A DNA stretch of 64,000 bases from Candidatus Hodarchaeaceae archaeon (GCA_030016755.1 JASEJC010000001.1:4883-68882); one strand, 5' to 3'. Positions 26,379-36,499 are shown, counted from the first letter of the stretch. The notes: generated by a model from the letters alone, not told the origin. Program-made: numbers and translations.

Positions 26379-27134
26379 CTACGTCCGCCGTGCAAACGTC
26401 AGATAGCCAGTATGTGCGATCATCCGTGTACTTGGCCGTGTGCAGCTAGCTTTTACCTCAAACTCGCGGACTAGGCACTCAATTGTTTTAAAATTCGTGA
26501 ACTTGAAATTTGGGAATTCGCTGTAAAGGCGCTGGATATGCTCGACACACGGCGTGAAGACCGCGAGGTATCCCCCTGGTTTCAGCGCTCGCTCAGCATG
26601 CGCCAGCGCTCGCTCGGGCTGAGGCAGGTCCAACGTGACTAGGTCGACATCGGACTCGTCTATTCCTTCGTAAATGTCCTTGAGCTTCACCGTCACAATC
26701 TCGGCTAGCCCCGCCAAGCGGATATTTTCCTCTGCTAGGCGCGCGAAGTCCTCCCTGATTTCATATGTCACCACGCGCCCATCGGGTCTGACGAGGTTGC
26801 CCAAAAAAATCGCGAGCGAACCTGACCCAACGCCTGCATCGACCACGAGGCTGCCGGGCCCAACCCCCGTATACGCGACAATCTGCGCCGCATCCTTGGG
26901 GAGCATGATCTGGGGGGCGCGCCTGAGTTTTTGTAGATAGTCGATGATGGACGGGCGGAGTAAGACAAATTCATTCCCCAGATGCGACTTCAGCTTAGCC
27001 CCGGGTTCCTTTCCGACCGCCTCGCCCAGATCGACCACGCCCAGGTTGGTCTGGAGCTGCCTCCTTTCTGCCCTCGTGAGGTACTTCCTGCCTCGCTCGT
27101 CGATGAGTATTATTCTCTCCCCTTCCTCGATCAT
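26379..27134 (-). CDS. trmI: tRNA (adenine57/58-N1)-methyltransferase TrmI (Gcd14 family)
   Basis: VVDAGVGSGSLAIFL is the SAM motif, with DLPQPE later. The start was set at MIEEGERI (27134), because the track start would collide with the secF start. Confidence 0.85.
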   Translation of the reverse strand: MIEEGERIILIDERGRKYLTRAERRQLQTNLGVVDLGEAVGKEPGAKLKSHLGNEFVLLRPSIIDYLQKLRRAPQIMLPKDAAQIVAYTGVGPGSLVVDAGVGSGSLAIFLGNLVRPDGRVVTYEIREDFARLAEENIRLAGLAEIVTVKLKDIYEGIDESDVDLVTLDLPQPERALAHAERALKPGGYLAVFTPCVEHIQRLYSEFPNFKFTNFKTIECLVREFEVKASCTRPSTRMIAHTGYLTFARRT

Positions 27135-27189
27135 GGAGCTCCCGTCAAAGTGTGTTATATACCTAGTATCTAAAAAATAAGGGGAGGCC

Positions 27190-28059
27190 ATGAAGCTCGC
27201 CTTGCAATACTGGCAATTGAGGGGCCGTCAGCGTGTCGCGATCCCGCTTGCTATATCCGTCCTCCTCCTAGTTCCCTTTCTGGTCTTAGGGGTGCCTCTC
27301 AGCAGGGACTTCAAGGGCGGCTCGCTGGTGATGGTCCGAGGACTGGAAAACGTCCCCAGCGCCAGCAGTGTAGAATCCGCGGTGGAGGGCTTGCTCGGCA
27401 CGGACGCTGAGGTTGTGCTACTCGAGAACGGCCTTCACATTGAGACAGACGCGCTGGATGGAGCCAGTGAAAACAACGTCAAGGGGATGCTCTCCAGTCA
27501 ATTTGGGATTCCTACCGACCGGGTCACCATAGGGACGATGGGGCCGACGATCAGGGGCCATCAGAGCAGGCAGGCGCTGTTCTCTATAATCGGCGCGTTC
27601 GTCGGGATTGGGGTGCTCTCCATTCTCATCTTCAGGCGTCGCATCGTCCCTGTAACCATCCTGTTGGTGCTGGGGCTTGACATCCTCGGTGTTTTAGGGT
27701 ACATGGCGCTGCTCCGGGTGTCCTTGGACCTAGCATCGATCATAGGAATCACGATGCTCATCGGCTACGTCGTCAACACCAACATGCTGCTCGCTTGGCG
27801 CATCCTCAAACGAGCTGGCGGTGAACCCAAGGAACAAGTGTCCAGGTCCATGGATACAGGGTTAACGATGAACGTGCTGATGATCGTGCTGCTCCTCAGC
27901 TTGAACATCCTCACGAGCGCCCACGAGCTCAACGTGCTAACCGCTGTGCTCGTCTTTGGCATTGCGATCAACATTATCAACACCTGGTTCTTGGGCGCTG
28001 GGATCCTGCTCAGGCATGTTGAACGACTGAAGGTGAGGGAGTACCATGTCGCTATTTAA
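27190..28059 (+). CDS. secF: Protein-export membrane protein SecF
   Basis: DFKGGS motif after the first TM, six predicted TM helices, GGGGAGG SD before the ATG. Confidence 0.85.
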   Translation: MKLALQYWQLRGRQRVAIPLAISVLLLVPFLVLGVPLSRDFKGGSLVMVRGLENVPSASSVESAVEGLLGTDAEVVLLENGLHIETDALDGASENNVKGMLSSQFGIPTDRVTIGTMGPTIRGHQSRQALFSIIGAFVGIGVLSILIFRRRIVPVTILLVLGLDILGVLGYMALLRVSLDLASIIGITMLIGYVVNTNMLLAWRILKRAGGEPKEQVSRSMDTGLTMNVLMIVLLLSLNILTSAHELNVLTAVLVFGIAINIINTWFLGAGILLRHVERLKVREYHVAI

Positions 28060-29782
28060 AGAACGACGCGTAAAGTTGCTGGCCCTTGTGGTTCTGATAT
28101 CGGTGATGCTGGTCTGGAGGCCATGGGGAGGACTCGAACCGCGGGCGCGAGGACTGAATTTTGGAGTCGACATCGCAGGTGGATACAGGGCTGTTCTCTG
28201 GCTGGATGTTTCTCACGTCACCATACGCACATCCACAGACAACTTGGACTCCGCTTGGAACTCCATACGCTCCGCGCTTGAGGATAGCTTGAACACCACG
28301 GTAAACTTGGTCGCACGATACCCGGCTGAAAACAGGATAGTGGTGGAGGTAGGGAAGTCTGTAACAAGCGCCTTCGTCCAGGAGATAATCGGCGGGTCAG
28401 GCACCGTCGTTGATGTCCAAAATTCCGCAACCCCGAGCACGCTGGATGACGTCATCTCAAAACTTCATGCACGCATTGATCCCTACGGCCTACTCGAGAC
28501 GCGCTTCTGGACGCTCGGGGAGAACTACATACTGTTTGAGACAGCCCAGTTGGATTACTACACCAAGGAACTGGTGACCAAACAGGGGCGGCTCGAGCTC
28601 TTCATCGAAAATGAGCTGGTGCTCACTGATAAAGACATTGAGATTTTTGGAACTCCAGTACCTGCTGGCCGGGTATATTCCAGCATTCCCATCCAGTATA
28701 CGGAGGAGGGTGAACAAAAGCTCAAAACTGCGTCCGAGGGGAAAACTGGTCTTGCCGGTGCAGTTTATCTTGATCGCCCCTCTGACGCCATCTTGATTTT
28801 TGACGAGAGGGTGCTGAACGAACTCTCCAAACTGACCTACGACAACGCTACTCGGATGTTCACTTACACGACCACGGAATACACGGGTGAGGAGCTTCAG
28901 TATACCTTGCGCGTCCCTGCCATTGGAACCTCCGTGGAGAACCTCTCGCCAGAAGCGCTTGAGTATCTTGAGAGTCCTGATGGGGTCAAACTACGTGCTC
29001 TCCTTTTAGGCAGCACGGATGATTTCGCGCGCATCATCGAAAACGTCCCCGCGCGCTATCGGGTCGAAAGCATTCCCCAGCTCAGCGGTGAAAGCAAGGA
29101 TAAATGGATCAAACGAGCCTGCGGCGTCATCTCTGATCTCCCGGTCTATCTGGGGGTGGGATCGGGCCGGATCGTTGTTGAAGCCAGCCTGCAGGAAGTA
29201 AGGAATCTCCGCACGATCCTGTCCAACAAATCGCCGACGGAACTATCGCTCACAAGTGAAGCCGAGATAGGATCCCGTCTAGGTGCCGGGTTTATGAGGG
29301 AGGCTCTAATTGCTGGCGCCGTCGCCGTCGCTGGGGTGTTTTTACTGATTTATTATCGGTATCGGCGCTGGAAAATCTGTCTGGTGTTCATCGGGTTCAC
29401 GCTGTGCGAACTGTTGATAACCTTTGGTGGCGCGTCCGTGTTGGGTCTGACCCTTGGGCTACCTGAGATAGGCGGGTTGTTGGTGGTCATCGGCACTGGC
29501 ATTGACCACCAGTTGACCACGACCGACGAAGTGCTGCGGGGAGTCCACCCCGAGAAGGCGGGTGCGGGCTGGAGGGCCTCGCGGACGCTTCCGATGATCT
29601 ACGCCTCGATTTTTATGACGCTCGCGGCCGTGGTACCGATTGCCGTGCTCGGGTTCGGTGCGCTCCGCGGTTTTGCTACAATCGCGATAACGGGGACGGT
29701 CCTTGCCTTTCTTTTTACCCGACCAACCTATCCCAAAGCAATCGACGCAATCTTGACATCTAGCCGTGCCTCAGCCACGTAA
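28046..29782 (+). CDS. secD: Protein-export membrane protein SecD (long extracytoplasmic domain)
   Basis: N-terminal TM, GVDIAGGY motif, large loop, C-terminal six-TM block. It overlaps the secF stop. Confidence 0.8.
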   Translation: MSLFKERRVKLLALVVLISVMLVWRPWGGLEPRARGLNFGVDIAGGYRAVLWLDVSHVTIRTSTDNLDSAWNSIRSALEDSLNTTVNLVARYPAENRIVVEVGKSVTSAFVQEIIGGSGTVVDVQNSATPSTLDDVISKLHARIDPYGLLETRFWTLGENYILFETAQLDYYTKELVTKQGRLELFIENELVLTDKDIEIFGTPVPAGRVYSSIPIQYTEEGEQKLKTASEGKTGLAGAVYLDRPSDAILIFDERVLNELSKLTYDNATRMFTYTTTEYTGEELQYTLRVPAIGTSVENLSPEALEYLESPDGVKLRALLLGSTDDFARIIENVPARYRVESIPQLSGESKDKWIKRACGVISDLPVYLGVGSGRIVVEASLQEVRNLRTILSNKSPTELSLTSEAEIGSRLGAGFMREALIAGAVAVAGVFLLIYYRYRRWKICLVFIGFTLCELLITFGGASVLGLTLGLPEIGGLLVVIGTGIDHQLTTTDEVLRGVHPEKAGAGWRASRTLPMIYASIFMTLAAVVPIAVLGFGALRGFATIAITGTVLAFLFTRPTYPKAIDAILTSSRASAT

Positions 29783-30055
29783 CACCAAAACTACCGCGGA
29801 TAGGGCGGCCAGCAAACCGATCGTTAGCGTGAAACCCAGGAAGAGCCTGTGAACGCCGAGGGCCCTTAGCGCGTCCTTGGATATCGCGTAGATCGAGGCC
29901 GCGCAGGCGAAGTAAAACCACAGGACAACTGTCGCGATTAGGAGCAGGTCCAGATTCAACAATATCATCACGAATGCCAAGAACCCTGCAGCCACAGTCG
30001 CGATCGTGAACGGGAAGAAGAGGGCTGTGAGGATCATCCACTTCCGGGAATTCAT
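29771..30055 (-). CDS. Small three-TM membrane protein downstream of the giant surface-protein gene
   Basis: 94 aa, almost entirely hydrophobic helices, on the same strand as the 30101-36499 gene. Confidence 0.45.
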   Translation of the reverse strand: MNSRKWMILTALFFPFTIATVAAGFLAFVMILLNLDLLLIATVVLWFYFACAASIYAISKDALRALGVHRLFLGFTLTIGLLAALSAVVLVLRG

Positions 30056-30100
30056 TCAATCACTTCTAAATGGATGAATAAGGGGGGAGAGCATTTCAGG

Positions 30101-33100
30101 TTATTTATTCTTGCCCTTGGCGTTGCCTCGCCCCTGATTACCGCCACCTTGGTCTAGGTTTCCACCACGTTGCCCTGGCCCTGCCCGCCACCCTGATTCT
30201 CCTTGACCTTGGCCCGGAGATTGACCGCCCTGCTCGGGAGGCGTTTGGGGTGGGCCTTGTCCCTGCCCTTGGTTTCCACCCTGCCCCGGCGTCCCGCCCG
30301 ATTGGCCTGGCGGAACTTCTGGCCTGTTCCCGTGACCTTGGCCCTGTCCCTCACTAGGTTTGATAACCCGGATGGTGTCGCTTCCTCTGAACGGTGCGGA
30401 GCCCCACTTGCCGATTACCGTCAGCTCAACATTGTCACCAACGCTCACCAGCCCTTGCACGGCCGAGCGATCGAACTTAACCATCAGGTCTGGCACGCCG
30501 TCGCCGTCGTGGTCACCGATCTCGGTTGGCCAAGGCTCAGCGGATAGGATTCCCTCGAGGAAGATGTCGCCCTCGAGAGCCACGGTGCTCACGTCGATTT
30601 TCGCCACATCAAGGCCGCCCGGCAGCTCGATGTAGCAGGTTATCCAGCGGCCTTGGCTACGGAGGTTTAGAGTTTCAGGGTCGATGTCGATCATAGCGGG
30701 TATCAAGGTGGCACACCTGGCGTCGGCTTCCGGTGGCGGCCCCTCGACGTTTCCCGCCACATCGCAGGCTATAGAGTAGAACTCGTAGAAGCCGTGGCCT
30801 GCTGGTATGTCGAACGACCACTCGTAGGGCTCCTCGTTGTCGGCCCCGAACGATGTCCAATCGCCCCAAGTTGAATTGTCGAGCGAATGGCGGTAGTAAA
30901 GCTCGACGCTCGCGACGCCGCTCAGTCCATCCGATGCTGTGGCGGTAATTGCAAAAGGCGTCAAGGTCTGCCAGTAGGGCTCGATCGGATCGACCGAGGA
31001 GACCGGTGGAGTAGTGTCAACCCCGATCCTCTCATCGGGCTCCTCGGGTGCCTTCTCGACATTTCCGGCAACGTCTGCGGCGATCGAGTAGAGTTCGTAG
31101 TAACCATTGCCTTGGGACGGGTCGAACTGCCAAGCGTACGGGGACTGGTCATCAGCGGCGTAAAGCGTCCAGCCCGACCAGTTGAGGTTATCGGGCGAGT
31201 AACGGTAGTATAATCTGACATCCCTCATTCCGCTTGGTACGGCACCGTTCGGCGGGACTGGATCGTTTGCCGCGGCAGTCACTTCAATTGGAAGCATCGA
31301 AGCGTTGTGCCAGTGGGGTTCGATTGAGTTAAGGCTGGAAATGGGGGGCAGCGTGTCGACGCCCGCCTGTGCATCGGCACTCTCCGGGGCCGCCTCACGG
31401 TTTCCGGCTCGGTCCGCCGCAACCGAGTAGAACTCATAGAAGCCATCGCCAGCGGGGGCATCGAATGTCCAAGAGTAAGGTTCGGAATTGTCTATGTCGT
31501 AAAGCGCCCAGTCGCTCCATGTTGAGTTATCAGCGGAGTATCGGTACCACAGTTCAATGTTTTCGGCTCCACTCAGCGCGTCGGAAACCGTGGCGGTTAC
31601 CTGGAACGGGACCGTCCCCGCGTTCTGCCACAATGGGCTGACTGGGTCAACGGAAGATAATGGTGGCATAGTGTCAACGCCGCACATCGCGCCCGTAACC
31701 ACGGCCTTCACGGTTGGAGTGTACTTCCAGCCGCCATCCGTGTAGATGCTCTCGCCGTTCCACACCGCGTCCCATATGGTTCCAATCCCAGAGGCAACGG
31801 ACATCAATCCTCCTGAGGGTAACTCATACCTCCAGATCTTGCCATCTTGCCACACAAGGTACAGATATCCATCACCGGGTATCATTATCGAAACTATCGC
31901 CACGGGATACGGGTATCCGGGCGCTTGCACGGGTGTGACGCCGGAGATCGTCTTCAATCTGACCCAGCTATCGGAAGAAATCGTATACCTCCACAGTTCC
32001 AATGAATAATATGTCCCCTCAAGGAGCGCATAAATGTGATCCCGTCCATCCCACGTCAAGTCCGCTGCCAGCATGCTAGACGGGAACGATAGGGTATCCC
32101 ACCTGTTGCCCGAGATGGAGTACCGCAAGAAGATCCCACCGTTGTCCAAGGTGTAAATGTAATCGTCGCCAGTCCATACCAGTGCCCCCCTGTGAATCCC
32201 GATGGGAGTTGATGCCATGCTCTCCCAGCGGTTTGCTGAGATGGAATATCGCCAGAAGTCATGCTTGGGGTCGAAGTAGTAGCCTCTAAGGGCGTAGAGA
32301 TGCCCATCTGCCCAAATCAAGCTGTTGAAGCTCGCCCCTTCAGCCGGCATAGCGGTCAGGTGCGTCCACGTATTGTTGGAGATAGAGTAACTCCAGAGTT
32401 CGCTCCATGTGCGCATGTATACCTTGTCGCCCCCATCCCAAGCCAGCCCCCTCCAGCCCTCGGTGGATGCCGGAGCCGAGATGGAAGAGAACGTTCCATC
32501 AACATGAACTACTGAGACAGCCCCCCTCATCCCCTCCGCGTTGCCAGCGCGATCTGTTGCGACGCTTGTGAACTCGTAGTACCCGTCCCCCGCAGGAGAA
32601 TCGAACTTCCAAGTCCAAGGCTCGTTGTCATCGATGCCGAGCGACCGCCACTCGGACCAGCTTGAGTTATCTGGCGAGTAGCGGTAGAAAAGCTCAACGT
32701 TACCGACCCCTGAGAGGATATCCGACGCTTTTGCGGTCACCTCAAGCGGGAGGGTCTCATCATTTTGCCAATAAGGCGTTATTTGGTCGAGGTAAGATTC
32801 TGGAGGCGTGGTGTCCACACCAGCTCTAGCAGTCGCCTTCGGCCATGTTATGTGTGTGTCCACATTCACATCGCCGAATAGGTCAAACCATACTGTGTAA
32901 ATGTAGTCGGATGTATCAGATCCAGCAAACTCGCTTCTGATGTTCCCATCCACAGAGATGACCTCAATGTTACCAATTCGAACAGGTTCGGGTAACCATA
33001 TCCGACCTCTGAAACCTTCTAGCTCCTCCACCCATTCATCAACAGGCTCAGGAATCCAGTGCCGGCCCCATATTTCTTTTATTTCCATCCTTACCCTGAT

Positions 33101-36100
33101 ATCGACGTCCATCATGGTTACATCTATCCACGTGGGCCACCAACCATTCTCCCAATATCCGTAAAAGTTCTCGCCTTCGATCTCGATCCAAATCCCATAA
33201 GTTCCATTCGGGTTCCCGGGATTTCCTCCGTACTCATACTCTGGGGCCTCGACCTCATATGGTCCGCGCTCAAAAGAGGCCCCTGCCTCACCCCTAAGGC
33301 TTCCTATGAGCGTTCTCGATTCGACCACGGGCTGCTCGAGGTTCCCCGCCCTGTCAACGGCGAGGGTGCCGAACTCGTAGTAACCGTCCTCCTCGGGGGC
33401 GTCGAATGAGCACTCCCATGGCCACTCGTTATCAACACCGTAAAGCCTCCAGTCGTTCCAGCCCATGTTGTCATTTGAGTACCTGTAGAACAGCATGACC
33501 TCTTTAACGCCGCTCCGGTCGTCCGTCGCGGTTGCCGTGATAGTGAAAGGCAGCTCACTTTGCCAGTAGGGTGAGATCGTATCTACAGATGAGGTGGGCG
33601 GGACGGTATCGATGTAGACGTATGTGGCCCCCGACCAATCGCTCCAAGCCCCCGCCCCGTTCTGTGCGCGGACCTTGATGTAATAAATGCCATCAGCTAA
33701 AGTTGGATGATAGCTAGTATCCGTTGTGTAAAACGTGTCTTCCGACCAAGAGCGGTATACCTCATATTGATTCACCCCAGTATCAGGATCGCTTGCTACC
33801 CAGTACCAATGCGGTGAATTGTGGTTCGACCATTCTCTGCCGCAGTGATCCTCACCGACTATCGGGGTAGTTGGAGGCGTTGTATCCACGACTAAGGTGT
33901 AAGTGCCGTCACCGCTAATTTTACGAACCTCGATATAGTAATAACCCGACATCTCCGCAGTATAGATTATCTCCTCGCTCATGTGGCCTAGATGTGTGGA
34001 ACTCGCGATTAAGTTCTGTTCAGGATCGTATAGATGAAGGTCGAAATCACATTCGTGGTTTTCTTTTATGCCAATCGTTTTGCCCTTTTCTGCCCCAATT
34101 TGATAAAAGTCCTTTATATCCACCCCTCTTAAGCTGCCTGTGTATCTCCCCGAAAGTATCCTCCTTGGGCAATCAAGATTATCGCCTGCATCGCCTGCGA
34201 ATCCCGCATCAAATTGTTGTTCGATCCTAATCATCTCCGTGTCTAAATAACTTACCCCGGCGTATTTCGCTCTTGCTCTCAGGAGATAAGTGCCGCTTGG
34301 AGCATTTGCCGGCGCAAATATTGACTCCCTATAATACGCAGAACTGCCTGATCCGAGGGTAGTCCTATCAATAAGTCCGCCACTGATGGTCTGGCCATTA
34401 CTGTCCATGAACTCCAAGTATACATCAACTCGCTCTAAAGTGCGTGGTAAGTTATTACGCACATCGAAGAGAACGTAAAACTCATCGCCTGCCATAACTT
34501 CTGAAGGGGCCTCTAATAAATTAACGGTCAGCTCATTAATGACCCTCATCGGCATTTGTGGATCACCTAGCAAAACTGTTGTCAGTATCAGACCCCGATT
34601 ATTTGGATCACCGACCCCTTTCTCTTGTAAGTACTGCCGCTTTGCGGCATCTAAACACACCGCCGGTTGGTACCGATGTTCTGTAAAAAATTTCTGCCAA
34701 AAAAGAACATCAAGTTTTCCGCTTAAATCCTCATTAAGACCAGGTTCAAAAAGAACTCCGTGCACGTATGGTGCCTCTCTAGAGTTACCTACATAAGCGA
34801 TTGCAGTTTTTCCTTCGACAAAGGGACTGTATAGAGAATATTCACCTATCGTTGGTTTATCGTAATCGAAACTCGCAGAATAACATGCTACTACATACAT
34901 CAAAAAACCTTCTGAATTTGTAAGTTGAGCTACCGTGCATTCTCGGTAAAATGGAAAAAAGTCCTTTTTTCCTTTCTTTCCTTTTGCCGATAACTCAATT
35001 TCGTTTCCATGTGAAAACGAGTTAATGATTCCGGGTTCAAGTTGATTTATGGCATTCACTACGTTTATCTCTGTTAAATTCGCATCTTCGTCATAAAGTG
35101 TATGAGTGTCAACCTGCCCCCTTGCGAAATTAGCTATGGGGGCTTTAACTTCTGAACCATAATGGTCCCTAGTCCAACTTTGGTATATCCAGCCGCCGAG
35201 TAAAAGGAAATCCTCAACCGCCGGGCGATTAGCACCATACTCTGTGATCTTTTTAATAGATGGGGTTGGTACCCTGCTGACGTGGACCTCTGGTATCCAA
35301 TCTACTTCATCAAAAATTATCGATCCTAAAAAGGAAGCAAATTCACCGAAATTGCTATTGGTATTGTAATCGTCCCAAGTTCCATCCAAACAAGCATAAT
35401 AAGAATCTGCTGGCGCAAACGCTCGCCAAACCTCTCCGCGTTTCTTTGCTTGTTCTTCGAATATCCCATACAAGCGTACGTATCTTGTAGGAAGTTCCCA
35501 GTAATTGTCAAGCGCTGGTGGCTGCGGTGTCGCATCATAGGACGTTGGCCTATCGGCTGGATCCACGTCACCATTCAACAACACCCACTTGACATTTTTA
35601 TTAAGATAATACCATTTAATGCAATTTCTTATTTTTTCCGGTATATCTCTACCTTGGTAAGTATTTGTGATGCCGAGTGTGACATGGTCAAAAATCACGT
35701 TCCCGTCTTCGCTTTGATCTACCGTGACAACGTATGTTTCTAACCCCCAATCCTCTTTTTGCCGTACAAAGGCGTTCAAGTCCGCATCAACTAACTTTGG
35801 TCGCGTCACGATGAGGTAACCATCATCATTTGAGTTCTCTTGGGAGGCTAAATCATCATGTTTGATTTCAGACTCTAGACTATTATATGGAGGGTCTACT
35901 TCTACATACACCTTAATTTGTTCATAAAATACCATCTCCCCTACTGAAGGACGATATTGAATCGGGTAAACCCAGATGCCAATTACTAGCGACCCTCCTT
36001 CCCCACCCACCACCATAGCTTCCCCCAAACGTCCGGGATAGAATAAACCTGAATTATAAACGTTCCCATCCAGAAATAAAACCGTTGATTGTGATGTTTG

Positions 36101-36499
36101 TGCTGGTATAATGTAACTACCTTCAGTAAGTTGAAGTGTAATAGGGTCACTTGTTTCAAAACTAACGCTTACTATCTGTGGCAGCTCTTCTAACAAACAA
36201 CCGTCAGCCCAAGGAACTTTCAACAAATGCCCTTTGTAAGGCAACATCGGCTTGCCTTGAGCATTTAAGTAGGTACAATTTTCAATTCTCACAATGCTAT
36301 AATTTTCGTTTTCTTCGATTCGAGGAAAATCAAACGTAAATGTGTATTCAACTATTACGTTTTGGTTGTCTGATATAGTCTCGGCTGCCATGCTCACTTG
36401 AGAAGTGCCATTTTCTACGAGCGTGAAACCAGAAGTTAAAGGAATAAAACAAAGCAATAAAAAACCAAATATTGGTAGAATCCTAATAATCCATTTGAT
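30101..36499 (-). CDS. Giant secreted/surface protein: C25-type cysteine peptidase + CARDB-like + PPC domain + repeated Ig-like modules + Kelch-like propeller + Gly/Gln/Pro tail
   Basis: Uninterrupted 2118-aa track ORF (TTG 36457). The in-frame upstream codons encode a signal-peptide-like KWIIRILPIFGFLL beginning at ATC 36499. The domain evidence is listed under the separate features. Confidence 0.9.
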   Translation of the reverse strand: MKWIIRILPIFGFLLLCFIPLTSGFTLVENGTSQVSMAAETISDNQNVIVEYTFTFDFPRIEENENYSIVRIENCTYLNAQGKPMLPYKGHLLKVPWADGCLLEELPQIVSVSFETSDPITLQLTEGSYIIPAQTSQSTVLFLDGNVYNSGLFYPGRLGEAMVVGGEGGSLVIGIWVYPIQYRPSVGEMVFYEQIKVYVEVDPPYNSLESEIKHDDLASQENSNDDGYLIVTRPKLVDADLNAFVRQKEDWGLETYVVTVDQSEDGNVIFDHVTLGITNTYQGRDIPEKIRNCIKWYYLNKNVKWVLLNGDVDPADRPTSYDATPQPPALDNYWELPTRYVRLYGIFEEQAKKRGEVWRAFAPADSYYACLDGTWDDYNTNSNFGEFASFLGSIIFDEVDWIPEVHVSRVPTPSIKKITEYGANRPAVEDFLLLGGWIYQSWTRDHYGSEVKAPIANFARGQVDTHTLYDEDANLTEINVVNAINQLEPGIINSFSHGNEIELSAKGKKGKKDFFPFYRECTVAQLTNSEGFLMYVVACYSASFDYDKPTIGEYSLYSPFVEGKTAIAYVGNSREAPYVHGVLFEPGLNEDLSGKLDVLFWQKFFTEHRYQPAVCLDAAKRQYLQEKGVGDPNNRGLILTTVLLGDPQMPMRVINELTVNLLEAPSEVMAGDEFYVLFDVRNNLPRTLERVDVYLEFMDSNGQTISGGLIDRTTLGSGSSAYYRESIFAPANAPSGTYLLRARAKYAGVSYLDTEMIRIEQQFDAGFAGDAGDNLDCPRRILSGRYTGSLRGVDIKDFYQIGAEKGKTIGIKENHECDFDLHLYDPEQNLIASSTHLGHMSEEIIYTAEMSGYYYIEVRKISGDGTYTLVVDTTPPTTPIVGEDHCGREWSNHNSPHWYWVASDPDTGVNQYEVYRSWSEDTFYTTDTSYHPTLADGIYYIKVRAQNGAGAWSDWSGATYVYIDTVPPTSSVDTISPYWQSELPFTITATATDDRSGVKEVMLFYRYSNDNMGWNDWRLYGVDNEWPWECSFDAPEEDGYYEFGTLAVDRAGNLEQPVVESRTLIGSLRGEAGASFERGPYEVEAPEYEYGGNPGNPNGTYGIWIEIEGENFYGYWENGWWPTWIDVTMMDVDIRVRMEIKEIWGRHWIPEPVDEWVEELEGFRGRIWLPEPVRIGNIEVISVDGNIRSEFAGSDTSDYIYTVWFDLFGDVNVDTHITWPKATARAGVDTTPPESYLDQITPYWQNDETLPLEVTAKASDILSGVGNVELFYRYSPDNSSWSEWRSLGIDDNEPWTWKFDSPAGDGYYEFTSVATDRAGNAEGMRGAVSVVHVDGTFSSISAPASTEGWRGLAWDGGDKVYMRTWSELWSYSISNNTWTHLTAMPAEGASFNSLIWADGHLYALRGYYFDPKHDFWRYSISANRWESMASTPIGIHRGALVWTGDDYIYTLDNGGIFLRYSISGNRWDTLSFPSSMLAADLTWDGRDHIYALLEGTYYSLELWRYTISSDSWVRLKTISGVTPVQAPGYPYPVAIVSIMIPGDGYLYLVWQDGKIWRYELPSGGLMSVASGIGTIWDAVWNGESIYTDGGWKYTPTVKAVVTGAMCGVDTMPPLSSVDPVSPLWQNAGTVPFQVTATVSDALSGAENIELWYRYSADNSTWSDWALYDIDNSEPYSWTFDAPAGDGFYEFYSVAADRAGNREAAPESADAQAGVDTLPPISSLNSIEPHWHNASMLPIEVTAAANDPVPPNGAVPSGMRDVRLYYRYSPDNLNWSGWTLYAADDQSPYAWQFDPSQGNGYYELYSIAADVAGNVEKAPEEPDERIGVDTTPPVSSVDPIEPYWQTLTPFAITATASDGLSGVASVELYYRHSLDNSTWGDWTSFGADNEEPYEWSFDIPAGHGFYEFYSIACDVAGNVEGPPPEADARCATLIPAMIDIDPETLNLRSQGRWITCYIELPGGLDVAKIDVSTVALEGDIFLEGILSAEPWPTEIGDHDGDGVPDLMVKFDRSAVQGLVSVGDNVELTVIGKWGSAPFRGSDTIRVIKPSEGQGQGHGNRPEVPPGQSGGTPGQGGNQGQGQGPPQTPPEQGGQSPGQGQGESGWRAGPGQRGGNLDQGGGNQGRGNAKGKNK
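30104..30358 (-). repeat. C-terminal low-complexity Gly/Gln/Pro-rich tail ending GNAKGKNK
   Basis: aa ~2034-2118: GQGQGHGN...GQGGNQGQGQGPPQTPPEQGGQSPGQGQG. No C-terminal TM or PGF-type sorting signal. Confidence 0.8.
30713..31678 (-). repeat. Three tandem ~106-113-aa repeat modules (VDTxPPxSSV...SGV...YRYSxDNxxWxxW...PYxWxFDxPxGxGxYEFYSxAxDxAGNxE)
   Basis: aa 1594-1915 of the track ORF. Two further diverged copies lie at nt 33302-33613 and 32498-32821. Confidence 0.85.
31688..32461 (-). repeat. Kelch-like beta-propeller (about six blades) inserted between repeat modules of the giant protein
   Basis: Recurrent blade pattern: ...LWSYSISNNTW..., FWRYSISANRW, FLRYSISGNRW, LWRYTISSDSW, IWRYELPSGG. 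Each is preceded by a G-x-hydrophobic-Y strand. Confidence 0.7.
33887..34204 (-). other. Pre-peptidase C-terminal (PPC)-like domain of the giant protein
   Basis: GDAGDN...DIKDFYQIGAEKGKTIGI...DFDLHLYDPEQNLIASS...GYYYIEVRKISGDGTYTLVV follows the PPC pattern. Confidence 0.65.
34538..35830 (-). other. Peptidase C25 (gingipain/caspase-fold) catalytic region of the giant protein
   Basis: Domain opening YLIVTRPKLVDADLNAFVRQKEDWGLETYVV. Candidate catalytic His in NSFSHGNE (aa 483) and Cys in YVVACYSASF (aa 525). Confidence 0.7.
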
